Source: Mobula hypostoma
Taxonomy: Eukaryota
Length of the DNA: 64,000 nucleotides
Reading direction: 5' to 3'
NCBI RefSeq assembly: GCF_963921235.1
Contig: NC_086108.1
Span: 67,210,001-67,274,000 of the forward strand
Made by a program: the position numbers and the translations under genes. Below, in pieces: positions 1-12,594 of the stretch. Every line of letters begins with the position of its first letter. Position 1 is the stretch's first letter. The notes under the pieces are model-generated. The model was not told the DNA's origin. It did no database searches and saw nothing but the letters and a program-made list of their open reading frames with translations.

Positions 1-1160
1 ACCCCTCATTCTTCTGAATTCTAGTGAATACAGGCCCACAATTATCAAACACTTTTCAGATGACAAGCCATCCAATCCTGGAATCATTTTTGTGAACCTC
101 CTTTGACCCTCTTCTGTTTCAGCATATCCTTTCTCAGAGAAGGGGCCCAAAACTGTTCACAATATTCTAAGTAGTGCCTCAGTAGTGCTTTATAAACTCT
201 CAACATTACGGCCTTGCTTTTATATTCTAGTCCCCTTGTAATGAATGCTAATATTGCATTTGCCTTCTTCACCACAGTCTTTAGGGAGTCCTGCACAAGG
301 ACTCCCAAGGCCCTTTGCACCTCTCTTTTTTGTATTTTCTCTCCATTAAGAAAATAGTCAATCCTTTCATTTCTTCAACCTAAGTGCATGACCATACACC
401 TTCCAAAACTGCATTCCATCTGCCACTTCTTTGCCTATTCTCCTTATCTGTTTAAATCTTGCTGTAGCCACTCAACTGCCTCAAAACTACCTGCCCCTCC
501 ACCTATCTTCATACTGTCTGCAAATTTTGCAACACATCCATCAATTCCATCATCCAAAGCATTAACATATAACGTAAAAAGAATTGATCCCAATGCAGAT
601 CCCTGTGGAACACCACTAGACACCCCAACAGCTAACCCTTTATTCCCACTCTTCGCCCCCTGCCAATCAGCCAGTGCTTTATCCAGCTAGAATCTTTCCT
701 GTAATACCACGAGTTTGTAACTTGTTCAGCAGCCTCATGTGTGGCATCTTGCCAAAGTCCTTCTGAAAATCTAGGTACACAACAGCAACTGATTCTCCTT
801 TGTCTATCCTGCTTGTTATTTCTTCAGAGAATTCCAACAGATTTGTCAGGCAAGATTTTCCCTTGAGGAAACCACGCTGACTATGACCTAATCTATCATG
901 TGCCCCCAAGTATCCTGAGACCTCATCCTTAATATTCAGGTCCAACATCTTCCCAACCACTGAGGTCAGGCTAACTGGCCTACGGTTTCCTCTCTTCTGC
1001 TTCTTCACCTTCTTGAAGAGTGGAGTGATATTTGTAATTTTCCTGTCTTCCAGAACCATTCCAGAATCCAGCAATTTTTGAAAGGTCATTTCTAATGCCT
1101 CAACAATCTCTTCAGCCACCTCTTTGAGAACCCTGGGGTGTACACCATCTGGGCCAGGTG
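1..1160 (-). mobile_element. CR1 LINE fragment (RT and C-terminal region), disrupted
   Basis: ORF 679..1209 has SPGPDGVHPRVLKE, GNRRPVSLTSVVGKML, GKSCLTNLLEF and VYLDFQKDF. ORF 84..320 has YKALLRHYLEYCEQFWAP. Frameshifts and an internal deletion are present. Confidence 0.93.
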
Positions 1161-1169
1161 ACAGAAGAC

Positions 1170-1681
1170 TATATATATATGGGACTTTTCGCAGTACTGT
1201 ATTTGTCAACGTGGAACAGAGAACAAGTTTATAAATCGGGCAGGAACAACAGATGTTGGAAATGTTGAGTGTGGAGCACTGAGGGACTGATGTAGAACAG
1301 GTGGCAGAAAAGGAGTGACATGTGTGGGGGGTGGCAAATGTGGAGACACACCCAGGCCTTAGACACTAGGCAAGATCATTTGATTCCAAACAATTGCTTT
1401 ATTGATCATTTCAGAATGTGTCTCTGGTGCTTCCTGCTCCCTCCCCTCTCCCTTCCCCTTTGGCCAACCATGATTCACCTCTCCGTGCCCCCCTCCCACT
1501 CTCAGTCCACAATACAGATCCATTTCAGAATCAGGTTTATCATCACTCACCTATGCCATGAAATTTGTTTATCTTTTGTGGCAGCAGTACAGTGCAATAT
1601 ATAAAATTACTACAGTACTGGTCAAAAGTCTTAGGCACCCTAACTATATATATGTGCCTAAGGTTTTTGCACAGCACTGTA
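1170..1681. mobile_element. Composite non-autonomous DNA element with Tc1/mariner-type inverted repeats
   Basis: 28-bp imperfect inverted repeat TACAGTACTGGTCAAAAGTCTTAGGCAC (1611-1638) / GTGCCTAAGGTTTTTGCACAGCACTGTA (1654-1681), both ending in TA. A third partial copy GACTTTTCGCAGTACTGTA lies at 1183-1201. Confidence 0.6.
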
Positions 1682-2299
1682 CAGAAAACTGCAGGCCAAA
1701 AAATGTCTAGTATTTGTAAAGTGGAGATTGCAAGGTGGACAGATTCGAAAAGAGGAAGGGGTTAAAGAAAACGCATTTCACAAATCCCGGACTGCTTTAC
1801 AGTGAAAGCTTATAGACCTGAATGTTTGGTTTATATTAAATAAGATGCAGAATAAAGATCATACTCACAGGGGCCTGTTATTAAGGGACTGAGACAAATT
1901 GAATTGACCATAACAGACTATGATTCCACACTGAACAGCCAAATCCAAAACAGTTTGACACAAAATATGCTAGCTGATGTAGGTAATTGATCTATGAATA
2001 TTTATGAGTCCAGAGCACCCAGTGCTCAGATGACTTGGGAAAAGTATGTATAGTGGCTGTAACAAATTTTACTGAAGGGTCCATAGGATACTACTGAGAC
2101 TGCAAGTGTTGAACTGTGCTGACTCACTTCCAGGAGCTGTTTGGAGTTGAGAATCTGAATTCATTTTATTTCTACTCTTTTGAGTTAACTTCTATGATCA
2201 TTTTAATCTGTTATCTGTATATTCTGATGCAGGACCTGGCTAACCTCACAAGAGCAAAACAGTCAGCTGCGGAACTTTACAGTGACATTGGGGCCCTGA

Positions 2300-2960
2300 C
2301 CACATCCCACAGTTTTATGAACTGTGACCATGCACAGAAACAGCACACTTGGACCATTTCAGTCCTGCAGATATGAACAGCGCAGACAGGCATCAAATGT
2401 GGAGTCAATGGGAATAAGAAGAACATTGTAAAATAAGTTGGTCCATTCTTTGTTTCTGCTGGCAATTGAGGATGTTGCCGATTCAGTTTGCAACAGGATA
2501 TTTCCGTAGTGAATCTCCTCTGGGACATCATGAAGAGAACCACATGGTCTATAGATTCTGATGAAAAGACACCTCCTGGTTTATCTTCTTCTGTTTAGCC
2601 ATATCTTTATTCTGCTTCTTTTGTTTCGTCTCTGTCCTACCCCTGTTGCCTTTATCTTGAGGAAATCTATGAGCATGTCTCAAGTGAAGGGCTTTGTAAC
2701 AGTCTGTAAACAAATGATTCCCCTGTCTGAAATAATTGAGAGGCAATTTTTTCCACCAAAGTTTTTGCTAATCACTTCAGTCAAAGCTGATCCTTCAGAC
2801 AAAGCTGGCAGACAGTCAGAGTGTATAAGCTCTATCCTCTTTCAGGCCACAAAGTCTGTGGCTGTAAGTAAATCCAGTTTGACATCAAGCAGGCTTGAAT
2901 TTCTATTTGGTGAGCAACGTTTACAGATTGGAAGGAGATTGTCAACCTTAATAATAACCT
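2300..2960 (-). pseudogene. Highly degraded piggyBac-like transposase fossil (tentative)
   Basis: Hand translation across frameshifts gives motifs in piggyBac order: IKVDNLLPICKRCS, GNHLFTDCY, FLKIKATGVGQRRNKR, LFYN..IDSTFD..CAVHICRT..PSVLFLCM. Confidence 0.4.
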
Positions 2961-4029
2961 CTAGACTAAGACCAAGTATTTCTCATATGTCATAGTTGTG
3001 TATGGAGTGGATTGCACCCTCACCACACACATACTCACTCTCTCAGACACACACACGTAAGATATCCAGTCATTGAGGTATATACTGTATAAAAAAAAAC
3101 TAAATTCTGGAAATCCAATTACTGATAAAAGTATCTGACCAAGAATGGAGTGGGCTAGACTAGCGCAGAAATGCACAGATGGGTGAAATATGAATAAAGG
3201 AACAAGTCTTTGGAGAAACAGTGTTTATTTTCTACAGAACAAAAACTATAACTAATGTATGTTGTGCATCATTTCACTTCCTTTCCATTTGACTTTTCAA
3301 GTCAGTCACAGGTTTCATCAGTACTGATATACCAAATCTGTAACTGATGTTGGTGCTTCGTGAATCTCACATGAAGGTATCCCTATGATATTTGAGAGCA
3401 TTAAGAACTAGTTTTGTTTTCAAAGGTGGACACTGAACTATATAATTTGAAGCCTGTCTTAATAACTCCATGGGAAGTTAACTTGTTGAAGACAGACAGA
3501 TCATGTTTTGTACTAAGGTTGATCAGTGTGCCCTCCAGGGCCTGGGGGACACTGTCAACATCTTCAGTAAAAGCCTTATTAAGCATTACATCCTGCTTGC
3601 AACATCAATGAAAGTAATTCTATAGTGTTCTGGTTCATCTCAAATATAATAAAAATTTGTATTCTTTTTTGCACCTCCTATCTTTCAAATTTCTTGCCTG
3701 GTGGAGACTTAATGGCTGTCTGTGGTTAAAATGTCATCCTTAACCACAAGCTGTTCTTCAGAAAGGAATAATATTGAATAGAAAGCATTTTGTGGATGGT
3801 TATCAGCTAATAGATTCCAGTGTAGAGTTCACAGAGATTAGTAGGACTTCCTCTCAGATCTTGTAGCTCAAACAAAGTGGATTACTGGTATCATGTCTGT
3901 TTTAAAGTTTCAAACAAACAGCCAATGACTTCCCACCAAGGCAACATCTGATAGGGTTTGTAGACTCCACAACAGCAAAGTTAAATGAATTATCAGAAGA
4001 AATCTATAAAGACCAAAAGCCAAAGAATA

Positions 4030-4030
<1 letters not shown>

Positions 4031-4078
<48 letters not shown>

Positions 4079-4092
4079 TGCGTGCGCGCGTG
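4031..4092. repeat. (TG)n microsatellite grading into (CG)
   Basis: Directly visible alternating purine-pyrimidine run. Confidence 0.97.
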
Positions 4093-4227
4093 CTATGTGC
4101 AAATTCCCTGGTAATATTCAACTGGTAATTGGATTGGACGCTTCTAATCATGATGTACAATAGATTGTCAGCCAATTGACCAGCATCAGATACACATTTC
4201 CCAATTTCATCAGTTAAGTCCCAGAAG

Positions 4228-5279
4228 TTCAGCTTTCAACACCATAATTCCATTCAGGCTCGAAAGGCTGCTCAGAGACCTCAGCCTTGATCCTGCCTTG
4301 TGCAGCTAGATCCTGGACTTCCTGTCAGATCGCTGACAGGTGGTATGAGTGGGCTCTCTCACCTCCACCCCTCTGACTTTCAACACAGAAGCCCCTCAGG
4401 GCTGTGTACTAAGTCCCTTCCTTTACTCCCTGTATACCCATGACTGTGTCGCCACCCACAGCTCTAATCTGCTAATTAAATTTGTTGGTGATACTACATT
4501 GATTGGCCAAATCTCAAACAATAACGAGGTGGCCTACAGGAAGAAGTCATCACCCTGACACAGTGGTGTCAAAAAAACAACCTCTCACTCAATGTCACAA
4601 AATCAAAGGAGCTGGTTGTGGACTATGGGAGGAATGGAGATGGGTTAACCCCAATTGACATCAATGGATCTGTGGTTAAGAGGGTAAACAGCTTTAAGTT
4701 CCTCGGCATCCACATCACCAAGGACCTCATGTGGTCTGTACACACCAGCTGTGTGGTGAAAAAGGCACACCTCAGATGGTTGAGGAAGTTTGGTGTGACC
4801 CCCCAAATCTTAAGAACTTCCTACAGGAGCACAATTGAGAACACTCTGACTGGCTGTGTCACTGCCTGGTATGGGAACTGTATCTCCCTTAATCGCAGGG
4901 CTCTGCAGAGAGTGGTGCAGACAGCCCAGTTCATCTGTAGTTGTGAACTTCCCATTATTCAGGACATTTACAAAGACAGGTATGAAAAAAGGGCCCGAAG
5001 GATCATTGGGGACTTGAGTCACCCCAACCACAATCTATCCCAGCTGCTACCATCCGGGAAACGGTACCGCAGCATAAAACGGGCTCCAGGACAGCTTCCT
5101 CCACCAGGCCATCAGACTGATTAACTCACACTGATTTCAGTGTATTTCTGTGTTACATTGACTGTTCTATTTATTATAAATTATTATAAATTACTGTGAA
5201 TACACATTTAGACAGAGACATATGTAAAGATTTTTACTGCTCATGTATGTGAAGGATGTAAGAAATAAAGGCAATTCAA
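4228..5279 (+). mobile_element. Rex1/Babar LINE, 5'-truncated, with 3' UTR
   Basis: [44 protein letters not shown] and LLPSGKRYRS motifs. Ends AAGAAATAAAGGCAATTCAA. Confidence 0.9.
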
Positions 5280-5395
5280 AATGATATGGATTTTTGTTTT
5301 CAGATGGCACTGAGCTACAGTCTCTATTGAGATTATGGCTCAGACTTAGTTGATTTTTAAGTTTGTAGGGATGGTTTTGGGGACAGAGAAGAGGG

Positions 5396-5675
5396 TTTCA
5401 AAAGTTCATTTTATTATCAAAGTATGTATGCAAAATACAACTCTGAAACTTGTCTTCTCCAGAGAGCCGTAGACTACAGAAAGCCATGTTAAGTAGTTGA
5501 AAAAGAAATCAGTACTAACCCCCATGTGAAAGGAAAAAGAAACAAACAACTTACAAACCCCAAACATTCCCAACCCCTCTCTCACACAAAACTAACAGAT
5601 CACCCATACCCCCAGCCTACCAATCCACAGCAAGAAAGAATGGGCGGGAACACGAGAAAACATAGAACTGGAAGC
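5396..5675 (-). mobile_element. 3' end of a non-LTR element (related copy near 40940-41025)
   Basis: TTCATTTTATTATCAAAGTATGTATGCAAAATACAACTCTGAAA resembles the reverse-complemented tails of the other Rex-type LINEs in the window. Confidence 0.5.
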
Positions 5676-6034
5676 TTGGGGTTAGGTTAGTGGTTAAGGA
5701 TAGCAATTTTGGGAAAGTTAGAGAACAGATTAGGGTTTAGCGATGGGGCCGTAGAGGAGTCAGAGGTCAGTTCTCATCTTCGCACTCCACATTCAAAGTC
5801 CAGTTACGAGGCCAGATGACGAAGTGCATCCACAGTACTTATCCCCACTGCACTTTTGAAGTCCAGCAATGTGGAAGGGTGATCGAGGGCATCCACAGTC
5901 CAGGCCTCTGCTCTGTGCTCAAAGGTAAGCAACGTGGACAAGTGACAAAGGACATTCATGGATGTCTGGCTGTCCCAGTCGGTGTATTCCAGAATCAGAT
6001 ATCTGTGTGAGCAAGAGACATGAGGGCCAGTCAA

Positions 6035-6945
6035 TCAGTTGTGCCTGGAGTTTGGGGTCCTGCCATCGGCTAGTCTGGGAGTCAATACTGGAGTCTGAAG
6101 GTTGATCAATAGTCCAGAAGTTGAAGCCTGATGGCCAAAGCCTGGAGGCTGGAGTCCTGTCCTGATGTTGGCAGAATGTCTCTGTGCATGGGTGGGTGAG
6201 AGGGAGGGTGGCAGAAGGGAAAAGGGCTTATTTTGCTGTTGTTGTTTTGTTGTTTGTCGTGTTCTGCCAAGCACTGCAGCATGATACACTCAGTGGCCAC
6301 TTTATTAGCTATCTACTGTGTTTGATGGTTCGATGTGTTGTGCATTCAGAGATGCTGCTCTACACAGCACTGTTGTAACGTGCAGTTATCTGAGTTTCCG
6401 TCACCTTCAGTTTGAACCGGCCCGACCATTCTCCTCTAACCTCTCTCCTTAAAAAGCTGTTTTTGCTTATATAACTTCAGTTCACTGAATGTTTTTGTTC
6501 ATTGCACCATACTCTAGAGACTGCTGTGGGTGGACATCCGAGGTGATCAGCAGTTTCTGAAATACTCAAATCGCACCAACAATCATTCCACGGTTAAAGT
6601 CACTTAGATCACATTTCTTCCTCATTCCGTTGTTTGGTCTGAACATCAACTGAACCTCGTGACCATGTCTACATTTTTTCTGCATTGAGTTGCTGCTACA
6701 TGATTGGCTGATTAGATACTTGCAATAACGTGCAGTACTTAAAAAAGTGGCTGCCCTGGCTTGTGTGTGACCGCTAGGACGTAACATCCATGGTCAACCG
6801 TGACCAATGGAGGGCCATATTAAAAAAACAGCTATTGAGTGGCCCCAGCACATTCCTACGTTGTGTTGTTGTTAATGCAAATACCACATATATTTCATAT
6901 CACTGTATATTTCGATGTACATGTGATAAATAAATCTGTATTTCA
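6035..6945 (+). mobile_element. SINE-like 3' region interrupted by a Tc1 derivative and a fragment of the 39385-39717 repeat
   Basis: 6100-6284 and 6840-6940 match the reverse complement of 43575-43830. Ends GATGTACATGTGATAAATAAA. Confidence 0.55.
6287..6752 (-). mobile_element. Tc1-family internally deleted DNA transposon
   Basis: TA followed by CACTCAGTGGCCACTTTATTAG terminal repeat. Minus strand encodes MRKKCDLSDFNRGMIVGA, a Tc1 transposase N-terminus. The right TIR is degraded. Confidence 0.85.
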
Positions 6946-7534
6946 CTATGAGAGTCCCAAAACAGTGAAGTCTGCCGTTAACCTCTCCTCTCCCACAAAT
7001 CCATGACAGCATTTTCTACAGCTGATCTTTGGTGGGTGTGGAGAGGGCTCTTTAGGGATTGATCACCTTCCCACCAGGCAACACAGTAATGACACATTCA
7101 GTGCAAATTCTTCATGCAGGTGCTGCCTTGATCCAGGCAGATAAAGTTTTAACACATAATTACAGTGGAAGGCCCTCCCAACAATTTTAGTTAAAGATGA
7201 TTTTTTTGGCAAACCTCCCAAATTTTGTAAAGGTCACTTAACAGAATATTATCACTTTGCATGTTGCATACCTTCTATCATGGCAGGAGATGATAAAAAC
7301 AGGAAATTCAGCCACCTATGTTCAGACAGAAGGTGCACTTAGTCTCAAGAAGCATACAAGATTCTAGGTCAAATAAAGTACGTCACATCCTGATGAAGGG
7401 TGATGCATATGTTGCTCAAGATTTTCAGCACCTACAGAGGCTCTTGAGTCTCAGAGACAATGCATTGTCTATCATAATGGTTTATAATTAAAATTTCCTA
7501 TAGTTGTAGGTGAGTATGCAGGAAAACCAAGGAT

Positions 7535-8425
7535 TGGCTAAGAGAACAAGATATTGATTGAGCAGGTGTGCTTATGCCCAAGGAGGTAATCAATTCAAGG
7601 TATCGTTTAAGGCATCTGATACAGGTAGTGAAAGTATGATTTACATACATCTTGCAATTAAACGGAGCAATAAATTTCCAGTGACAGCTGCAGAAATCAA
7701 AGATCTTGAAACATACTATAGTTCAATCGCACATTGAAGTCGATGGTAAATTTCATCATTAATTTGCTGACAGGTAGCTCCCAAGATCTGAAAAGTGTCC
7801 ACATTTTCCCTGGTTTTGCCATAAACCTTTTCTTGGCCGAGGTCTGTGTTATACAGTCATACAGGTTGTTAGAGGACCTCAAATTTGTGTCTGCTGCTGA
7901 GTGTAAGAATTACTTCTCATATGCTTCAGTGAGCAGGATAATGATGGATTGGAGCTTGGCCTCTGAACACACACAAACAAAAATCCATCTGCTTAATGTA
8001 AGTCATTTGCTGAGGTTCGGTGACATTGATTCTGGCGAGTAGTTGCCATTAGTTGAACAATTTTAGATGAGTCCTGAAGATTATCTGCACTTCTTGAGAA
8101 ATTTCTTGGATGAGTGGTGCTAAAGATTGAAAAAAATATTGGATCAATTATGCAGTCATAGTTGATACTGGACTTCACTGAGAATGACTGTCATAAAATC
8201 TATTGTTCGAACATTGTCTTCATGAAACAAACATGAGATGTAGATGAACTGTGAATTAGATGATAGACTCAAAGCTTTAGTGAGATTAGAAAGGGCCACT
8301 GTTATTGGATGGTGGTAGTGTTTGCAATTTCTTTAGAGTTGTAGAATAACCTGGAGATGCCTCAACATGAACAGAGTCCACAGTGATTCAGGGAGCAACT
8401 CTTTAGCCACGGGGAAGGGCTTGGT
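7535..8425 (-). mobile_element. Ancient RTE-clade LINE RT fossil
   Basis: Minus-strand remnants LPVAKELLPES, AL.NLTKAL, CIIDPIFFSIF, SEAKLQSII.LLTEAYEK, ENVDTFQ.LGSYLS and INDEIYHRLQCA occur in the order expected for RTE reverse transcriptase. Confidence 0.65.
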
Positions 8426-8775
8426 TTGACTTTCTGTGAGGCAGAGAGCAGAAAAACCCCTCCATGGCTAATCAGGTCTTGCCTCTTTTCAAGTCAAGTA
8501 AAGTTGATTGTGACCTGCACAAGTATAGTGAGACTCTAGTATAATGGAAAACTTAACTGTAGCAACATCACAGCAACACACAGAGCATAAATTATACAAG
8601 ATACCGAGGAAAAAAGACGGTGCAGAACTAGAATTTCATCCAAAAGTAAGCACAATCAGAAACAGATCCATGATAGTGCAAAAGGTTCCATTGCTAAAAA
8701 TGGTTATTAATACACCATTTTAAGGTTTTGCATGTAATGGAAAAATATACAATTGATTTTTGCAATCTCAAATTA

Positions 8776-10440
8776 AAGTTCAAAGTAAATATATTATCAA
8801 GTACATATGCTGTATTCAACCCTGAAATCCATTTTCTTGCAGGCATGCTCAATAAATCCATGATAAGATAATAGCCATAATAGAATCAATGAAAGATCGC
8901 ATCAACTTGAGTGCTCAGCCAGTGTGCTATAGTCAATAAACTGTGCAAATGCAAAAAGAAAGAAACAATAATAAATAAATAAATAAATATTGGGAACAGG
9001 AGATGAAAAGTCCTTGAAAGTGAGTCCATAGGGTGTAGGAACATTTCAATGCTGGGACAAGTGAAGTTGAGTGAAGTTTTTCCCTTTGGTTCAAAAGCCT
9101 GATGGTAGAGGGGTAATAACTGTGTCTGAAACTGGAGGTGTGAATCCTGAGGCTCTTGAACCTTCTTCCCAATGGCAGCAGCGAGAAGGGAGCATGACCT
9201 CAGTGGTGGGGATCCCGGATGATGGATGCTGTTACTTTCCCGTTCATGCAGATGTGCTCAGTGGCGTGGAGGGCTTTACCCTTGATGGACTGGGCCATGT
9301 TCACTACTTTTTGTAGGATTTTCCATTCAAGGGCATTGGTGTTTCCATACCAGGTTGTGATGCAGCCAGTCAATGTATTCTCCAGCACATATCTGTAGAA
9401 GTTTGTCAAAGGTTTAGATGTCATGCTGAACCTTTGCAAAATTCCTAAGGAAATAGAGGTACTGCTGTGCTTTCTTCATAATTGCACTTACATGCTGGAC
9501 GCAGGACAGGTCCTCTGAAATGATAACACCAAGCAATTTAAAGCTGCTGACCCTCTCCACCTCTGATCCTCTGATGAGGACTGACTCATGGACCTCTGCT
9601 TTCCCTCTTAGATGAAGTCTATAATCAGCTCCTTGGTCTTGCCGACATTGAGTGAGAGGTTGTTGCTGTGGCACCACTCAGCCAGATTTTCAATCTCCTT
9701 CCTATATGCTGATTCATCACCACCTTTGATTTGGCCCATGACAGTGGTGTAGTTAATATGGCATTAACGCTGTGCTTTGCCACACAGTCATAAGTATAAA
9801 GTGAATCGAGCAGGGGCTAAGCACAGCTTTGTGGTGCTCCTGTGCTGATGGGGATCATGGAGGAGATGTTGTACCTAATATGAACTGACTGGGGTCTGCA
9901 AGTGAGGAAATTGAGGAACAAATCGCAAATGCAGGCACTGAGGCCACGGTCTTGAAGCTTATTGATTAGTTTTGAGGTGATGATGGTGTTGAATGCTGAG
10001 CTGTGGTTGATAAAGAGCATCCTGATGTATGCACCTTTGTTTTCCAGATGTTTCAGGGTTGAGTGAAGAGCCAATGAGAGGGCATCTGCTGTGGACTCAT
10101 TGCCCCGGTAGGTGAATTGGAATGGATCTAAGTCTCTTTCAAGCACTCTGGAAACACTTGTGGGTGTCAGTGCTACTGAATGATAGCTGCTGAGGCAGGT
10201 TACTACCTCCATCTCAGACTCCCGTAGAAGTGAAGTCTGTTTGAAGCAGTTGGATACCTCAACCTGTTGAAGTGAGAGGTTAAAGATTTCAGTGAACTCT
10301 CCGGTTCTTTCATACTTGGCCAGGCACCCCATCTGGGGCAGATACTTTTCATGGGTTCACCCTCCTGAGGGCTGCTTACCCATCGGCCTCAGAGACTCAA
10401 ATCACAGGATCATCAGGGGTGTGGGAGTTCATGATGGCGT
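8776..10440 (-). mobile_element. Rex1/Babar LINE, 5'-truncated and degraded
   Basis: ORFs 9817..10332 (LDPFQFTYR, AYIRMLFINHSSAFNTI, STGAPQ), 9414..9677 and 9200..9439. 3' tail near 8776. Confidence 0.9.
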
Positions 10441-10469
10441 AAGCCACTAGGTTTACTTTCTTGAGGACC

Positions 10470-12290
10470 TTGAAGAGTCCAGTGACCTTGGAAACCAACC
10501 TGTCTCCCCACAGTAATAGCAGCAGGCTTGACCCCGATGCTAAGACTTCTCACTGGCGGAGAGTCTTCTGCAAATAATCTGCATGGGCTCAACAGTATCC
10601 TGAACAGGTGATGGCCTGGTTATGGTCCAAGTTCGGGGGTGGAATTGCAATGGGTTGAGGCCAGGCTTGGGTTAGCCTTCTGCGACTTCTTGATGATAAT
10701 CGAGGCAGATGGATTGTTCAATCAGGACTTCTAAGTCTCCTGCTGGCTCTCCCAAGGAGACGGCATCCTTTACTTCATCCTGGAGTCTGTGGTGGTATTG
10801 TGATGCATATGTAAGGCTCCTTTTCATTGACTACAGCTCTGCCTTTAATACCATCATTCCAAATAAACTGATTCCTAAGCTCCGGAACCTGGGCCTTAGC
10901 ACTCAGATCTGCAGCTGGATCTTTAACTTCCTCACAGACAGGACCCAGGCTGTAAAAATAGGGGACGAGCCCTCCTCTACAATCACTCTGAGCACCGGTG
11001 CCCCACAAGGCTGTGTACTCAGCCCCCTGCTGTACTCACTGTACACCATGATTGTGTAGCCAAATTTCTATCGAACTCAATATATAAGTTTGCTGATGAC
11101 ACAACAATTGTAGGCCGTATCTCGGGTAATGATGAGTTTGAGTACAGAGAGGAAATTAAGAACCTGGTGGCATGGTGCAAAGACAATCACATATCCCTCA
11201 ACGTCAGCAAGACGAAGGAATTGGTTGTTGACTTCAGAAGGAGTAGCGGACCGCACGACCCAATTTACATCGGTGGTGCGCAAGTGGAACAGGTCAAAAG
11301 CTTTAAGTTCCTCGGGGTCAATATCACAAATGACCTGACTTGGTCCAACCAAGCAGAGTCCACTGCCAAGAAGGCCCACCAGCGCCTTTATTTCCTGAGA
11401 AAGCTAAAGAAATTTGGCCTGTTCCCTAAAACCCTCACTAATTTTTATAGATGCACCATAGAAAGCATTCTTCTAGGGTGCATCACAACCTGGTACGGAA
11501 GTTGTCCTGTCCAAGACCGAAAGAAGCTGCAGAAGATCGTGAACACGGCGCAACACATCACACAAACCAATCTTCCGTCCTTGGACTCACTTTACACCGC
11601 ACGCTGTTGGAGCAGTGCTGCCATGATAATCAAGGACACGACCCACCCAGCCAACACACTTTTTATCCCTCTTCCCTCTGGGAGAAGGCTCAGGAGCTTG
11701 AAGACTCATACGGCCAGATTTGGGAACAGCTTCTTTCCAACTGTGATAAGACTGCTGAACGGATCCTGGCCGGCATCTGGGCCGTACCCTCCAAATATCT
11801 GGACCTGCCTCTCGGTTTTTTTGCACTACCTTACTTTCCCTTTTCTATTTTCTATTTATGATAAATAATTTAAATTTTTAATATTTACTATCGATTTGTA
11901 CTCCAGGGAGCACAAAGCGCAGAATTAAATATTGCTGTGATGATTGTACGCTCTAGCATCAATTGTTTGGCATAATAAAGTAAAGTAAGTAAGTAAGGCT
12001 TCCTCATTCCAGCCACTCTCTTGGGCAAAAGTCTTTAACTCAATAGCGTGGTCAGCCACTGACCGACGGCCCTGACTCACCTTCATCAAAGCTCTCCAGG
12101 GTCGGAAGATGTACTGGCTCCACAGAGTGACCAACAGGCTCACCCAAGCGACTCTGGTTCCCTCCTTATGAAAGTTGACACACGGCGTCGTAGAAGTCAT
12201 ATATCTCCAGGCTCTGTCAAGAAATCTTCTTGCTGTGGCCAAGTGGACGAAAGATTCTGATACCCCACTGGGTTGATGTTGGCTCAATCG
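10470..12290 (-). mobile_element. Gypsy/Ty3 (sushi-like) gag remnant split by a Rex1 insertion
   Basis: 12290-11992 encodes QGRRSVADHAIELKTFAQESGWNEEALLT. Beyond the insertion, 10797-10480 continues [42 protein letters not shown], a decayed zinc knuckle. Confidence 0.82.
10802..11991 (+). mobile_element. Young Rex1/Babar LINE, 5'-truncated
   Basis: [37 protein letters not shown] and KFADDTT motifs. 233-aa ORF 11167..11868. Tail AATAAAGTAAAGTAAGTAAG. Confidence 0.95.
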
Positions 12291-12586
12291 TGACAAGAGA
12301 CCTTGACGAGGATGGTTAGGACCCAAGTGCTGGAGTATCCGAGGCTGGAATCGAGACATGGTACCAAGACTGAAATGAGAACTGAGCACTGAACAAGACG
12401 CTGTACGATAACTCACTTTGAGCTCACGTCCAGGTTCTCTTTGAATACTAAAATATTGGCAGCCAATTAGCGGGATGGTCCTGAACCCTTAAAGGGGCTG
12501 CAACAGCTAGCCGTACTCCGGAGAGCATCGAAATTCTCCGATTGCGTCGAAATTCCAGAAGCTGGCACGGTTTGGTGTATATCATA
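12291..12586 (-). mobile_element. Putative 5' LTR of the Gypsy element
   Basis: Lies immediately upstream of the gag remnant and ends ...TGTCA on the minus strand. No second LTR is seen to confirm it. Confidence 0.35.
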
Positions 12587-12594
12587 AGAGTAAG

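Noticed and set aside
2561..2995. 144-aa plus-strand ORF with a hydrophobic, signal-peptide-like N-terminus
   Set aside because: No recognisable domain or gene context; better explained as the antisense frame of a decayed transposase.
3401..3611. Paired short ORFs as an endogenous viral element
   Set aside because: No motif recognised in any frame.
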